From Macrostomum lignano (Eukaryota), in assembly GCA_002269645.1 (NCBI GenBank), contig NIVC01000255.1, forward strand, positions 62,001-126,000: a stretch of 64,000 nt of DNA, given 5' to 3'. Of this stretch, positions 34,330 through 55,505 are shown one piece after another; the stretch's first letter is position 1, and each line of letters begins with the position of its first letter. The notes under the pieces were generated by a model. That model was not told the origin of the DNA and did no database searches. It was given only the letters and a program-made list of their open reading frames with translations. The position numbers were made by a program, and so were the translations under genes.

Positions 34330-35055
34330 CTGGGCCCTCCTGACACCTGCCTTGCGACTCTCCTGACACCTGCCGTTTGATCCTCCTGACACCTGCCTTT
34401 TGACTCTGCTGACATCCGCCTTTTGACCCTCCTGACGCCTTTTGACCCTCCTGACATCCGCCTTTCGACTCTCCTGACAACCGCCTTGTGACTCTCCTGA
34501 CCCCGTCTTTTGATTCTCCTGACACCTGCCTTTTGACTCTCCTGACATCCGCCTTTTGACCCTCCTGACATCCGCTTCCTGACTCTCCTGACACCTGCCT
34601 TTTGATCCTCCTGACACCTGCCTTTTGACCCTCCTGACATCTACCTTTTGATCCTCCTGACAACTGCCTTTTGATCCTCCTGACAACTGCCTTTTGACCC
34701 TCCTGACACCTGCCTTTTGACCCTCCTGACACCTGCCTTTTGATCCTCCTGACACCTGCTTTTGATCCTCCTGACAACTGCTTTTTGACCCTCCTGATGC
34801 CTTTTGACCCTCCTGACGCCTTTTGACCCTCCTGACGCCTTTTGACCCTCCTGACGCCTTTTGACCCTCCTGACGCCTTTTGACCCTCCTGACTCCGTCT
34901 TTTGATTCTCCTGACACCTGCCTCTTAACTCTCCTGACATCCGCCTCTTGACTCTTCTGACGCCCGCCTCTTGACTGTCCTGACGCCCGCCTCTTGACTG
35001 TCCTGACACTCGCCTTTTGACTTTCTTGCCACCCGCCTCTTGGCCCTCCTTGACC
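34330..35055. repeat. ~22-bp degenerate minisatellite (CTCCTGACACCTGCCTTTTGAC)
   Basis: Repeated CTCCTGAC cores; source of the RRVKR-type ORFs. Confidence 0.9.
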
Positions 35056-35724
35056 CCCACAGGCCCCATATGCTGAACGAATGCCTTCAACAAGTATTGT
35101 ACTTACCACTGCATTATGAAATCAATCGAACACAGGTCACTGAGACAGCCTCATTCAGTCCACAAGATCAAAGCCAAAGTGTTTGCATGGTGACACAGGC
35201 AGCTCAATAGTAAAACGCAGTCACCCCCACCTGCATTCAGCATGGATGATTGACAACTGGGCAGTCACTCTTATTGATAGCACTGTGTCCATCCCTACCT
35301 GCTCCTGTCAGTCCATCGCCGTCGCCAAAAAGCAGAGATGCATAATGAATGAACGTAGGGAAGGACTTACATATAATATATGTCCAAGATAAAATCTAAA
35401 AAAAAGTTTTGGCACAGATGACGGCCTTGCAGCTCCGCCCCCCCGTCAGGGCAGAAAATTTCATCCAGCGTCACCACTGGAGCTGCGTGGCTGACCGGCA
35501 ATTCTCAACTCCGCTCAAGTTAATAGCTTAAGAAAAGATGTAATATACTTGTCAATCTCCAGCTGCCTTCCTCTACTGACTTCCCTTCCCCGTTAGCCAT
35601 GAAGCCCTTGGAGACAGAAACTGGAGTCACCACAATTCTCCAAGTTCCTTATAGGTGTTTAAGCATTTTTGTAGCCATTTAGCCTTTGAAAGTTTGGATT
35701 TTTAATCTAAATTCAAATGACTGT

Positions 35725-36380
35725 CCTCTCTCTTGACTCTCCTGACACCCGCCTCTTGACTCTCCTGACACCCGCCTCTTGACTCTCCTGACACCCGCCT
35801 CTTGACTCTCCTGACATCCGACTCTTGACTCTCCTGACACCCGCCTCTTGACTCTCCTGACACCCGCCTCTTGACTCTCCTGACACCCGCCTCTTGACTC
35901 TCCTGACACCCGCCTCTTGACTCTCCTAACACCCGCTTCTTGACTCTCCTGACACCCGCCTCTTGACTCTCCTGACACCCGCCTCTTGACTCTCCTGACA
36001 CCCGCCTCTTGACTCTCCTGACACCCGCCTCTTGACTCTCCTGACACCCGCCTCTCGACTCTCCTGACACCCGCCTCTTGACTCTCCTGACACCCGCCTC
36101 TTGAATCTCCTGACACCCGCCTCTTGACTCTCCTAACACCCGCTTCTTGACTCTCCTGACACCCGCCTCTTGACTGTTCTGACACCCGCCTCTTGACTCT
36201 CCTGACACCCGCCTCTTGACTCTCCTGACACCTGCCTCTTGACTCTCCTGACACCTGCCTCTTGACTCTCCTGACACCTGCCTCTTGACTCTCCTGACAG
36301 AAGAGTCGCCTCTTGACTCTCATGACCCCTGCCTCTTGACTCTCCTGACCCCTGCCTCTTGACTCTCCTGACACCTGCCC
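35725..36380. repeat. 23-bp minisatellite (CTCTTGACTCTCCTGACACCCGC)
   Basis: About 28 homogeneous units, related to 34330-35055. Confidence 0.95.
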
Positions 36381-37437
36381 AGCCTATTCCTATTAAAGTA
36401 ATCTGGTTCCGACAAATGTTTTTAAAAAGCTCAACATTCCAACATCGGAGGATTTTACGAAAACTTAGAATCCGCTATTCCAGATCACAACTCCAGTTGT
36501 CCCTGATCTGGATCCTCGCTAAAATTCAAATCCCCCAACTAGAAATTGCGTGCTGCATCTCTCTCTCCCTCTCCCTATCCCAATCCGCTGATTTCTCCTG
36601 GCTCCAGCCTTTCTCTCCCGCCTGACTATATTTTAACAAAGGTATTTAACAAATAAGAATTTTTTGCGAAACGAGATTAGGGAGGGGGGATCTTAGGCTG
36701 CCAATGGTTGGTACAGCACAACTCAAGCAACCATGCTCAGCATCAGAAGCCTTGACGTGACGGCTAAATCCCCCCCCCATTTTCGTTTTTAGACATCTCC
36801 CACCCAGTCCTTCTAGCCTCGCCCTAGCAACCACCCCACGCCTCAGGTCTGTCTTTCTGCTAGAGTCGACTCAATATAAGCTCTCTCTCTCTCTCTCTAT
36901 ACACACACATTGTCTCGGAGCACAATTGCAGGTTAGCAATAATAATATTCAGACTAAAGCGGGTAGGGGGAGGGGCAGAGTCGCCAGGGAGTCTGGGGCT
37001 CAAACTCACTTCGTCTCAGCTTCATCTGCTGCCTCTGTGTCTCTGTCTGTCTGCCTGTCTGCCTTGCCTGCGCGCCTGTCGCAGCCTGGGGGCTGCTGGC
37101 TCCATCAAACTTAAGCAGACTGACTGGATTTGGGAGCAAAGCAGCTCTTCTTTGGCAATAATTGCCCGGCAAGAGTAGCCTTATAGCTTTTTTCCTTATT
37201 AAAGAAATTTTCCATTTCAAAATTTCTTTTAGGGCCAATTATCTTTCTGCTGTATTTTCTATAATTTGCCAGGGCTGTGAGGTGCGGCTGCAGCCAACTC
37301 AGTCTTTGTTTAGTTGAACAAAGGAGAGTCCTGTTCCTGAGGGGTAGATGGGGCCGCTGACACCTCAAATGAGCTGGCGAAAGTATATTGAGACCCCTTG
37401 CTATGACTTTGGCGCCGGTAAAATGAAATAGCGTTTT

Positions 37438-38180
37438 TGGTGCTGGCGCCTCTGGTGCTGGCGCCTCTGGTGCTGGCGCCTCTGGTGCTGGCGCCTCTGG
37501 TGCTGGCGCCTCTGGTGCTGGCGCCTCTGGTGCTGGCGCCTCTGGTGCTGGCGCCTCTGGTGCTGGCGCCTCTGGTGCTGGCGCCTCTGGTGCTGGCGCC
37601 TCTGGTGCTGGCGCCTCTGGTGCTGGCGCCTCTGGTGCTGGCGCCTCTGGTGCTGGCGCCTCTGGTGCTGGCGCCTCTGGTGCTGGCGCCTCTGGTGCTG
37701 GCGCCTCTGGTGCTGGCGCCTCTGGTGCTGGCGCCTCTGGTGCTGGCGCCTCTGGTGCTGGCGCCTCTGGTGCTGGCGCCTCTGGTGCTGGCGCCTCTGG
37801 TGCTGGCGCCTCTGGTGCTGGCGCCTCTGGTGCTGGCGCCTCTGGTGCTGGCGCCTCTGGTGCTAAAGCCCCTGGTGCTAAAGCCCCTGGTGCTAAAGCC
37901 CCTGGTGCTAAAGCCCCTGGTGCTAAAGCCCCTGGTGCTAAAGCCCCTGGTGCTAAAGCCCCTGGTGCTAAAGCCCCTGGTGCTAAAGCCCCTGGTGCTA
38001 AAGCCCCTGGTGCTAAAGCCCCTGGTGCTAAAGCCCCTGGTGCTAAAGCCCCTGGTGCTAAAGCCCCTGGTGCTAAAGCCCCTGGTGCTAAAGCCCCTGG
38101 TGCTAAAGCCCCTGGTGCTAAAGCCCCTGGTGCTAAAGCCCCTGGTGCTAAAGCCCCTGGTGCTAAAGCCCCTGGTGCTG
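37438..38180. repeat. Bipartite 15-bp minisatellite: 28 x TGGTGCTGGCGCCTC then ~21 x TGGTGCTAAAGCCCC
   Basis: Switch at about 37858. Same two units as dynein intron 9, on the opposite strand. Confidence 0.97.
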
Positions 38181-38189
38181 GGAAAATGA

Positions 38190-38435
38190 AATGAAGCCAC
38201 TCCAGATGAAAGGGCGCCTCGTCAGATCAAATGGCGCCCCGTCAGATCAAATGGCGCCTCGTCAGATCAAATGGCGCCCCGTCAGATCAAATGGCGCCTC
38301 GTCAGATCAAATGGCGCCTCGTCAGATCAAATGGCGCCTCGTCAGATCAAATGGCGCCTCGTCAGATCAAATGGCGCCTCGTCAAATGAAATGGCGCCAC
38401 GTCAGATGAAATGGCGCCATCCCAGATGAAAAGGC
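38190..38435. repeat. 20-bp minisatellite (AAATGGCGCCTCGTCAGATC)
   Basis: About 11 units, related to the reverse complement of 49295-49850. Confidence 0.9.
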
Positions 38436-39338
38436 ACCACCTCAATAGCAATTCCTCAGTGAAGCCTCTGCTCCTCAAAGACAGCACAATGAACAATTAT
38501 CCTACAACACAGAGCATCACTCGTCAATTGATTCAGTAGAGAACTACATTACTTCACATCTCATTCATTCGAATTAATATGCAATGACATGTCTATTATA
38601 GATAATTAGCTCAGTAATTAACTGTTAGTTTTCTAATTAACTCTACAGCAGTATGCGTGTGAGTCCTATAGAATTCTCTGCAAAAGCGGAATCACTGCTT
38701 CAGTAAAGTGCCCAGTTGTGCCAGAGTTTGTGTCAGAGTTTTATAACAAAAAATGCTTTTAACAACAGGCCTTAGCGTACACCATGGATGGCGGCTTTGA
38801 AAAAAAGGATCTTTAAAGTTTGGCCGTTTTGTGTTCAATGCTAGCAATAAAATTTCCGTGCAGCATTGAGTGAATTAAGCAACTCGAACCCAGATCAGTG
38901 GAACAGCTGATGCACACCAAATGGAGTGTTAGCACAGGCAAGGGGCAGACTATTAACAGTGTGCAGTGCAGTGCGGTGCAGTTTCCGTTCTTATAATAAA
39001 TTCCGCATAGGAAGCTGCGCCCAGTCAGCATCTTTGCCTCATCAGCGGCAAAGTCTGCATGCAGCGCCTGGAAGGCATCTCTGTGGCCCCCAAATTACTG
39101 GCAGATGCTAGCGATCCGCCGGCGTGACACTGGCTGCGTTTCTTCTTAGTTCAAACTGGCCAAGAACCGCTGCCCTGCCTGCTGGGGAGGGACCTCTTCG
39201 ATACCTGGATTGGAAACCAGATCTGTTGTCCTGCGATTACAATAACATTAGGGCCAAGCCCCAAGGCACGGAGATTGTACATGACTGACGAATGGAAAGT
39301 CAAAGGGCTGCTGAACACCCTGTGTGAGCGTGTGTACG

Positions 39339-40439
39339 CAGGGGCGTCGCCATGGATTCTATGGTGGGGGGGACAAAGCCAAGAATACTACTATGTACAT
39401 TATTTTCAGAATCGGTGTTGTCAACGACAATTTTGGCGCCGTAGGCACTCGTTTTAACACCCCAGGCACTCATTTTAGCGCCGCAGGCACTCATTTTAGC
39501 GCCGCAGGCACTCATTTTAGCGCCGCAGGCACTCATTTTAGCGCCGCAGGCACTCATTTTAGCGCCGCAGGCACTCATTTTAGCGCCGCAGGCACTCATT
39601 TTAGCACCGCAGGCGCCATTTTGGTCCGCAAGCACCATTTTTGCGCCACAGGCCCCATTTTAGCGCCACAGGCCCCATTTTAGCGCCACAGGCCCTATTT
39701 TAGCGCCACAGGCCCTATTTTAGCGCCACAGGGCCCATTTTAGCGCCACGGGCCCCACTTTAGCGCCACAGGCCCCATTTTAGTGCCACAGGCCCCATTT
39801 TAGCGCCACAGGCCCTATTTTAGCGCCACAGACCCCATTTTAGCGCCACAGGCCCTATTTTAGCGCCACAGGGCCCATTTTAGCGCCACAGGCCCCATTT
39901 TAGCGCCACAGGCCCCATTTTAGTGCCACAGGGCCCATTTTAGTGCCACAGGCCCTATTTTAGCGCCACAGGGCCCATTTTAGTGCCACAGGCCTTACTT
40001 TAGCGCCACAGGCCCCATTTTAGTGCCACAGGGCCCATTTTAGTGCCACAGGCCTTACTTTAGCGCCACAGGCCCCATTTTAGTGCCACAGGCCCCATTT
40101 TAGTGCCACAGGCCTTACTTTAGCGCCACAGGCCCCATTTTAGTGCCACAGGGCCCATTTTAGCGCCACAGGCCCCATTTTAGCGCCACAGGCCCCATTT
40201 CAGCGCCACAGGGCCCATTTTAGCGCCACAGGCCCCATTTCAGCGCCACAGGGCCCATTTTAGCGCCACAGGCCCCAGGCACTCATTTTAGCGCCATTTC
40301 GGTCCGCAGGCGCTATATTCTGTCACTCTGAAGCAACATTTTTTATTTCCATAACAGGTCAATAAAGGTCCCCCTCATAACTTTTACGAGGGGGGACATG
40401 TCCCCCCTGCCCCCCCCCCTCCCTGTGGCGACGCCTCCG
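39339..40439 (+). mobile_element. Non-autonomous hAT-like TIR element (~1.1 kb) containing 21-bp then 20-bp minisatellites
   Basis: Termini CAGGGGCGTCGCCA / TGGCGACGCCTCCG. Flanks TGTGTACG and TGCGTATG are a plausible decayed 8-bp TSD (6/8, both mismatches C/T). Interior has GCAGGCACTCATTTTAGCGCC units, then TAGCGCCACAGGCCCCATTT units (~39650-40275). Confidence 0.7.
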
Positions 40440-41054
40440 TGCGTATGAGTGCGTGCGGTCAGCCTTCAAGTTGCCCGCAGCCGTCGTACAAATATTTTTA
40501 TTTACCTTAAATTTTACAGATTCTCAATTTAGAAGAATTCTAGTGAAACACACTATTATTGTATAGAAATCTGCTTTATTGAAAAAAATCAACAGTCCAG
40601 ATTCACTTAGAGGTCCCCGACCCGCAGTCCCCCCCGCGCGGGGTCTTAACAAACCAACGGCCAGAGGCCTCCCACGGCGGGTTTTGTTGCGAAAATCTTT
40701 TAGTCCGTCGTGATGTTTTCTAAGAAAAAACTGCTGTTGGGCGAGGCCGAGGCGGGACCGGACCAGACAGTGCGAGGTTGCCTCGGGAGAGTTTTATTGC
40801 AACTTTGTGCCGGTTATGGTGGTCCAGTCTTCCTTGCGAAGTTTTTGCAGCAGATTTTTTCTGTTCAGATTTCTGTGTTGCTTCCTAATTATGAGAATTA
40901 TAATTAGTGCAGTGCATGTATACAAAAAAGGAAAGATTGTTAGGCAGTTTGCTGCTTTTGCTTTAAGGAGTACAAATAGTTCGAGCGCGTGGAAGACAAA
41001 ATATTTTACATCTCTGCTTCTGTAATTGTTTAGCAACTACTTGGTGAAAAACAT

Positions 41055-41540
41055 GTAGGGCAAGAGAGGGAGAGGATAGGTTAGAGAAAGAGAGAGAGGG
41101 GTAGAGAGGGTAAGAGGAGGGTAGAGAGGGAGAGGATAGGTTAGAGAAAGAGAGAGAGGGGTAGAGAGGGTAAGAGGAGGGTAGAGAGGGAGAGGATAGG
41201 TTAGAGAAAGAGAGAGAGGGGTAGAGAGGGTGAGAGGAGGGTAGAGAGGGAGAGGATAGGTTAGAGAAAGAGAGAGAGGGGTAGAGAGGTAGAGAGGAGG
41301 GTAGAGAGGGAGAGAGGAGGGTACAGAGGTAGAGAGGAGGGTAAAGAGGGAGAGAGGAGGGTACAGAGGTAGAGAGGAGGGTACAGAGGTAGAGAGGAGG
41401 GTACTGAGTGAGAGAGGAGGTTACAGAGGGAGAGAGGAGGGTACTGAGTGAGAGAGGAGGGTAAAGAGGGAGAGAGGAGGGTACAGAGGAGGAGGTGAGG
41501 AGGGTAGAGAGGGAGAGAGGAGGGTACAGAGGGAGAGAGA
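41055..41540. repeat. Polypurine tract with a 60-bp period in its 5' half
   Basis: The 60-mers starting at 41101 and 41161 are identical. Almost entirely A/G on the + strand. Confidence 0.9.
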
Positions 41541-41665
41541 TTACCAAAATGGCCCAAAGTCTAATTTTTTAAGCAGAAAAGCATTGAAAAGTGGAACATA
41601 ATTCCAACTGAAAGCATAAAACAATTCCACACGCAGGTGACTTGGACACCTGGCCCCAGAATCCC

Positions 41666-50443
<8,778 letters not shown>

Positions 50444-52639
50444 TTAATAATTTTGTATTTTGTTATATTCGTTTGTAATCGTGTGCAACTAATTTAATAT
50501 TGAGTCTTGTGCCAGAATGTCTAATATTTTCTACATATGTATGCCATTTTATTCATGCGTGTACATGTCCATGAAAGCTATTTTTGAAGTAATTGTGGAC
50601 TTAGCAAGTCACATTTAACGATCTTCTTATAGGTACATTATATGAGATACTTATAATCACTGAGACCCAAGCATATATGTGATTCTGTGCTTTCTGTGTT
50701 CTTGCATGTATTTCAAAGGAGGCTTTGAATATATATTTTCTATCGCAGTAGCAGAAATATGCTGCATCTATATATAATTCACAGCGCACTGCTGTGACGA
50801 CCAAAGTAGTATTACATGCAGTACAAATCTATTCAACAATTTTCTAAAGTATCATGTTTTCAATTCGATCATCTGAACACGCGCAGTATTGCAGGTCAAT
50901 CAGGATCAAGGCTAGAAATCTGCTAACGTCAGAATGAATGATTCAAAACTTTCAACAATATCCAAGAAAATGTGCTAGGGTATATTCAGATGAAATTATG
51001 TAAAAAAGGAATTAATTAGAGAGAAGCGCGATTCTTCAAGCCTAATAAACTATATTTAATCCTAATATTATGCTATTATTTGCCCGGTAGAAGGTCAGAA
51101 TGTCAGCCTCACTCGGGCAATTCATGCACACTCTGTATCGCTTTGCGCGTCGCTGTACAATTAGTTTAGAATGCTTAAGACGACATGAGATTTATTAGAA
51201 AAATTTTTATCTACTGCTGTCATCCAAAGTAATTATTAGTTCGAGAAGCTAATAGGTATAATACCTGTCACAACACTGGCATTTTGATTTAAATGCAAGT
51301 GCAGTCGTGTGTATGTACGTTGTACAGTCATGAATTTTCATTTAGTTTAAACTTACAAAAAACGAAAACTTTTTGTCTAATTAAAGCAGCCCAGCCAGTA
51401 GTTTTCCTAAGTTTGATTGTTTTAAAAATAATTGAAATAAAAAGCTAAGTTAATTAACACTGTTTTAAAAATGCACTATCAAAACATTTTGTTTGATTTA
51501 AACATCGTTCAAACCACAATTTATTTATAATGCGATTTTTTTCTGAGCGCGTGGTTGGCCGCCATGCATTTCAATATCAATATATGGAATCGGAAAAAAA
51601 ACAAAATAATATTTAATTTTGGCCACCATGAAAATGGTAGGTCTATCTTAGGCCTAATTTGGAAATTAGTGTTTTTCCTAGTTAATGATAAAGGCCTAGG
51701 CTAAGACTACTGGCTGGGCGGTGTGTAGTACACACTGTAATCGTGGACGTGGACGTGGTGCGCGGTCATTTCGTCTGCCACGTTATAGCAACGTTAAAGC
51801 CATTTTTTTATTATCAGATAGCTATGTCGGGATATCTTATAATATCCCGTTTCAAGGTTTCAAAGGTCCATGTCGATGCAGAATGTTGATGTTCAGTTTT
51901 ATGTGTTTTGAAGATTAGTAATCAATCAGTAGGCCTATGCTCACTTCGTTATTGAGATAACCTATTAGATGCTTAGGCCTATATCATATCATGTTTTCTT
52001 TGCAACACAATATTTGGCATAGTTCTAGGCCTAAGTTAACTTAAAATTAAACTGCCAGATATTTTTCAGTCAAATTGAAAATTAGCATAATAATTTTGAC
52101 ATTTTTCTTTTCATTATCTATAACCATGGCCCTAGGCATATTTTGGAATGAAAATAACTTTGGCCAATCAGTTTTTACCAACATTAAAACCAATGTTAAT
52201 TAAAATGTATAGACATTGACATGTGCGTGATTCCACATGATTACTTAAACTTATCCCTTACCCCTTGGCCCGGTTGATCAGCTAGGCCTATCCCTCTTTA
52301 TAACAAAAGCTAGGTCTAAAAGGAATATTTTTGCTTAGTTGGACCTAATATAACTTTTAAGGCTTAGCTAAGTCTAAAAAATATTTAGAGCTATGTCCAT
52401 CTTGGTTTATGTCTATAGATACTATCTTGGTCATACACTGGATAGATAAGGTCTTATACTTTTTCCTGCATTGGACCCAGCATATGCTTATATTATAATA
52501 GTAGACCTAAGCCACTTAAAAGTTACTATGTTGCTTGATATTTTGAATTTTGATAATGTAATTTGTCATAATTATAAATTATGTTTTACTTAAACTGTTT
52601 TGAAATGACTCAAAAGAAATAAATATATTGATTCAATAG

Positions 52640-52821
52640 CAGGGACGTAGCCAGGAATTTCCTACGGGGGGGGATACACCAAGGTGAATTTCCTACGGGG
52701 GATACACCAAGGTAAAAGTGCTCACATGGTAGCATGTATAGTGAAAAAAGGCAACAAAAAAGTTTTGGTCAGGCTCTTCAGGGGGATACATCTCCCCTGA
52801 CCCCCCCTCCCTATGCCACTG
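52640..52821. mobile_element. 182-bp hAT-family MITE
   Basis: Perfect 8-bp TSD TTCAATAG (52632-52639 and 52822-52829). Imperfect 11-bp TIRs CAGGGACGTAG / CTATGCCACTG, subterminal G/C runs. Confidence 0.85.
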
Positions 52822-53785
52822 TTCAATAGAATGCATAACACTTTTATACACATTCCAACATATTCATTTAAGGCTAGTTTTTTAAATCATTTGAATGCTA
52901 TCATGAATAAAGTTTAATGACTAATTAAGCAATTGTAGGAAGTAAATAAGCAATGAATAAGCATTGAATGAGCATAAATGAACAATAAACAAACAATTAA
53001 GAAGCAGTCAATAAGCAACAAATGACTATTTAAACTTGTTATTAATCATTGTCATGATTCTATATAAGGCTATCCCTTTTATACTTAGATAGATAACTAA
53101 CTATAGACATAGGCCTAGTCAATTGTTAAATTCTAATCTAATTGTATTTTCACATTATATGGATTTTGATCAAATAATAATCCAAGGTTTTCTATCTTAT
53201 TTGTAAATTATTTTTTTTCTATAACAGCTTATTGAATTAATTTTCTACTTAGCCATATAGAAGAAATTCTAACAATCCTCTTTATCTTCTTTATCCAAAT
53301 GTGCAGTGCACTAGATTTAGCTCATAGACAAGGTAGCCACTTTACTAAGTTTTTTGCCACTTGAAAAACTCAATGGCACTTAGAGTCCAAAAGATTATAT
53401 GCATTAAAATGCTAGTGGCTTAGTGATATTTGGTTTTAGTAGTTTGTAGACATAGTGGCACTTTGCTACAAAGATAGTAAATATAGTTAGATTCTTATGT
53501 TGTCTTAGTTGAAGTACCTATAAAGTGTTGAAGTAAAAAAGTTAATTTAACATACATGCGCAACTGCTAGCCAATCTGGCCACCATAAATTGTGGTGGAC
53601 TAAGGGTAAGTTGCAAAAATGCCCAGCCTAAAGAATAGATAGTATTAATTAGATGATGGGACATTTAGCTCGTCTGTCTTATAAGACAATCGTAGTTCCT
53701 CCTGCTATTTACCCAAAATTGTGTTAAGGTTTCTTTTACAGGTAAGTCACATTTTTGGTCAAAGACTCAAAAAGTAAGTTGCATG

Positions 53786-54535
53786 GCCCCCTATTGGAAT
53801 AAGTTGACAAAATGCGGACAACTGTCCGTCGCATTTTTGGATTCTCCTAGTGTCGCATCACGCGACAGTGCTGTCAAGTGGTGTGTCGCGTCGTGCGACA
53901 CTGGAAACCTGGTGTCGTCATGCATTGTGTCGCGCGACACGACACAATGAGATGCAAAAGTGTGGCAACTTGGCAGCTGGTGTTGTCATGTGTCGCGTTG
54001 CAGCCTAGATCTGCAGCCAAAACCTCGCAAACTGTGTTTCATTGTAATAATATGTTCATGGTTGTTTCTTGGTATTTAAATGTTTCAAACATGTTTGATA
54101 AAAACTAATTCTTGAATTGTTCTTTTTTATTTTGACAGTAAAATAACTAATACTTCAAATATAATTTTTAGAAATGTTACTTGTTAGTTACAATGCATGC
54201 GCTGTTTTTTTAAGTGTTGTACCTTTGTTGTTTTACTGTTTATTGTTTTTAAATTTCATTTCTTTTTCCGCGAAATTGAAAGGAATACTCTTGTCCCTTG
54301 CTCCATGGTCTTGGTGTCGGGAGTGAATGGTAGAACGAGAATTGTCAATTGCAACGTGGCTGCTGTGGCGTCCTCCCCCCCCCCCCCTGGTCATTTGGTC
54401 AACAGGCATTGGTGTTGTGTTGCGCGTCGTCGCCCCCAGTCAACAAAATTTGGTGTTGCGTTGCACTTTTGAGGGCACAATTTTGGCACCCGTGTCGCGC
54501 GTCCACGGGTTTTTGAAACTTATTCCAATAGGGGC
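53786..54535. mobile_element. ~750-bp non-autonomous TIR element with a 3-bp TSD
   Basis: TIRs GCCCC(C)TATTGGAATAAGTT / AACTTATTCCAATAGGGGC, with ATG on both flanks (53783-53785, 54536-54538). Subterminal GTGTCGCG/CGCGACAC repeats. Superfamily uncertain (PIF/Harbinger-like). Confidence 0.65.
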
Positions 54536-55000
54536 ATGGCCAGTGTAAATCAGGGGGGGGGGTTGTGCAATGCGCATGTAAGTGTAATTCTTGTTTTATA
54601 AAAAACAGCTTTGGCCACAATTTATAAATATTATAAAGAAGTCTGCAAATGTCAAAATAGTAATTAAATATAAATTCTCTTTTTTGTAAAGAAAAGTTAT
54701 TTTTATTTAAATTTTTATATTCTTGGCTAAATAAATAAATACATTACTGGTTAGAAATCAGAAATTAGTGGTTTTTCTTAATTTTGTTAATTTTTAATAC
54801 TGCTACAGAAAAATTTGGAATACAGAGATTTGATTATCTAAAACATAACAAGTTGCAGCTATGGAGATGGCATGATAAAATTTAGTGTGGCTATAGCTAC
54901 GGAGATACAAAGGTGTGGCGGTAGAACACTAGTTGAAAGCTAGGCAATGTATATTGTATATATATGAGGGTTGTCCCAGAAATAGCAGTAAAAACTAGTA

Positions 55001-55328
55001 CAGAGGCTGACTGTGATATTCAAATTTGATGCAACTTGCGTCATAAGTAGAAAAAAATCCAACAGTTGTTTTGATTTTTAAATGGGGTTAAAAATGTCAA
55101 TTCATTCAAAAGTTATGCCTATAATTATTGCGATGGCGATACTGCGTGACCAACTTGCAGACCCCTCGACTTGGTGTAACTCTACCCCCTACCCCTTGTT
55201 CTAATTATAGGCATAACTTTTGAATGAATTGACATTTTTAACCTCATTTAAAAAGCAAAACAACGGTAGGATTTTTTTCTACTTAAGACGCAAGTTGCAT
55301 CAATTTCGAATATCGCAGTCAGCCTCTG
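55001..55328. mobile_element. 328-bp foldback MITE, Tc1/mariner-like, ~130-bp TIRs
   Basis: CAGAGGCTGAC...GTCAGCCTCTG flanked by TA on both sides. The arms pair through AAAATGTCAATTCATTCAAAAGTTATGCCTATAATTA. Confidence 0.85.
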
Positions 55329-55505
55329 TACTGGTTTTTAATTCTAAGATGTAAGGCTTGATTATACTCTATGGAATCATTGCATATTATTTATGTTTGA
55401 TATCAACTTTCTACAAAACTATTGGACTTTTTAGTTACAAGTAAGCCTCTAAATTTATTTATTAATCTGTTTTTTTGAAATGCCTTCAGCACTGTTGCAA
55501 TCACA

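Noticed and set aside
34283-38409. RRVKR-, STRG- and LVLAP-repeat ORFs (protamine-like appearance)
   Set aside because: All frames are open only because of the minisatellite units; there is no unique flanking coding sequence.
40610-40800. GC-rich hairpin-forming stretch considered as a ribozyme or SINE head
   Set aside because: No hammerhead core (CTGATGA...GAAA), no convincing HDV-like pseudoknot and no Pol III A/B boxes could be identified by eye.
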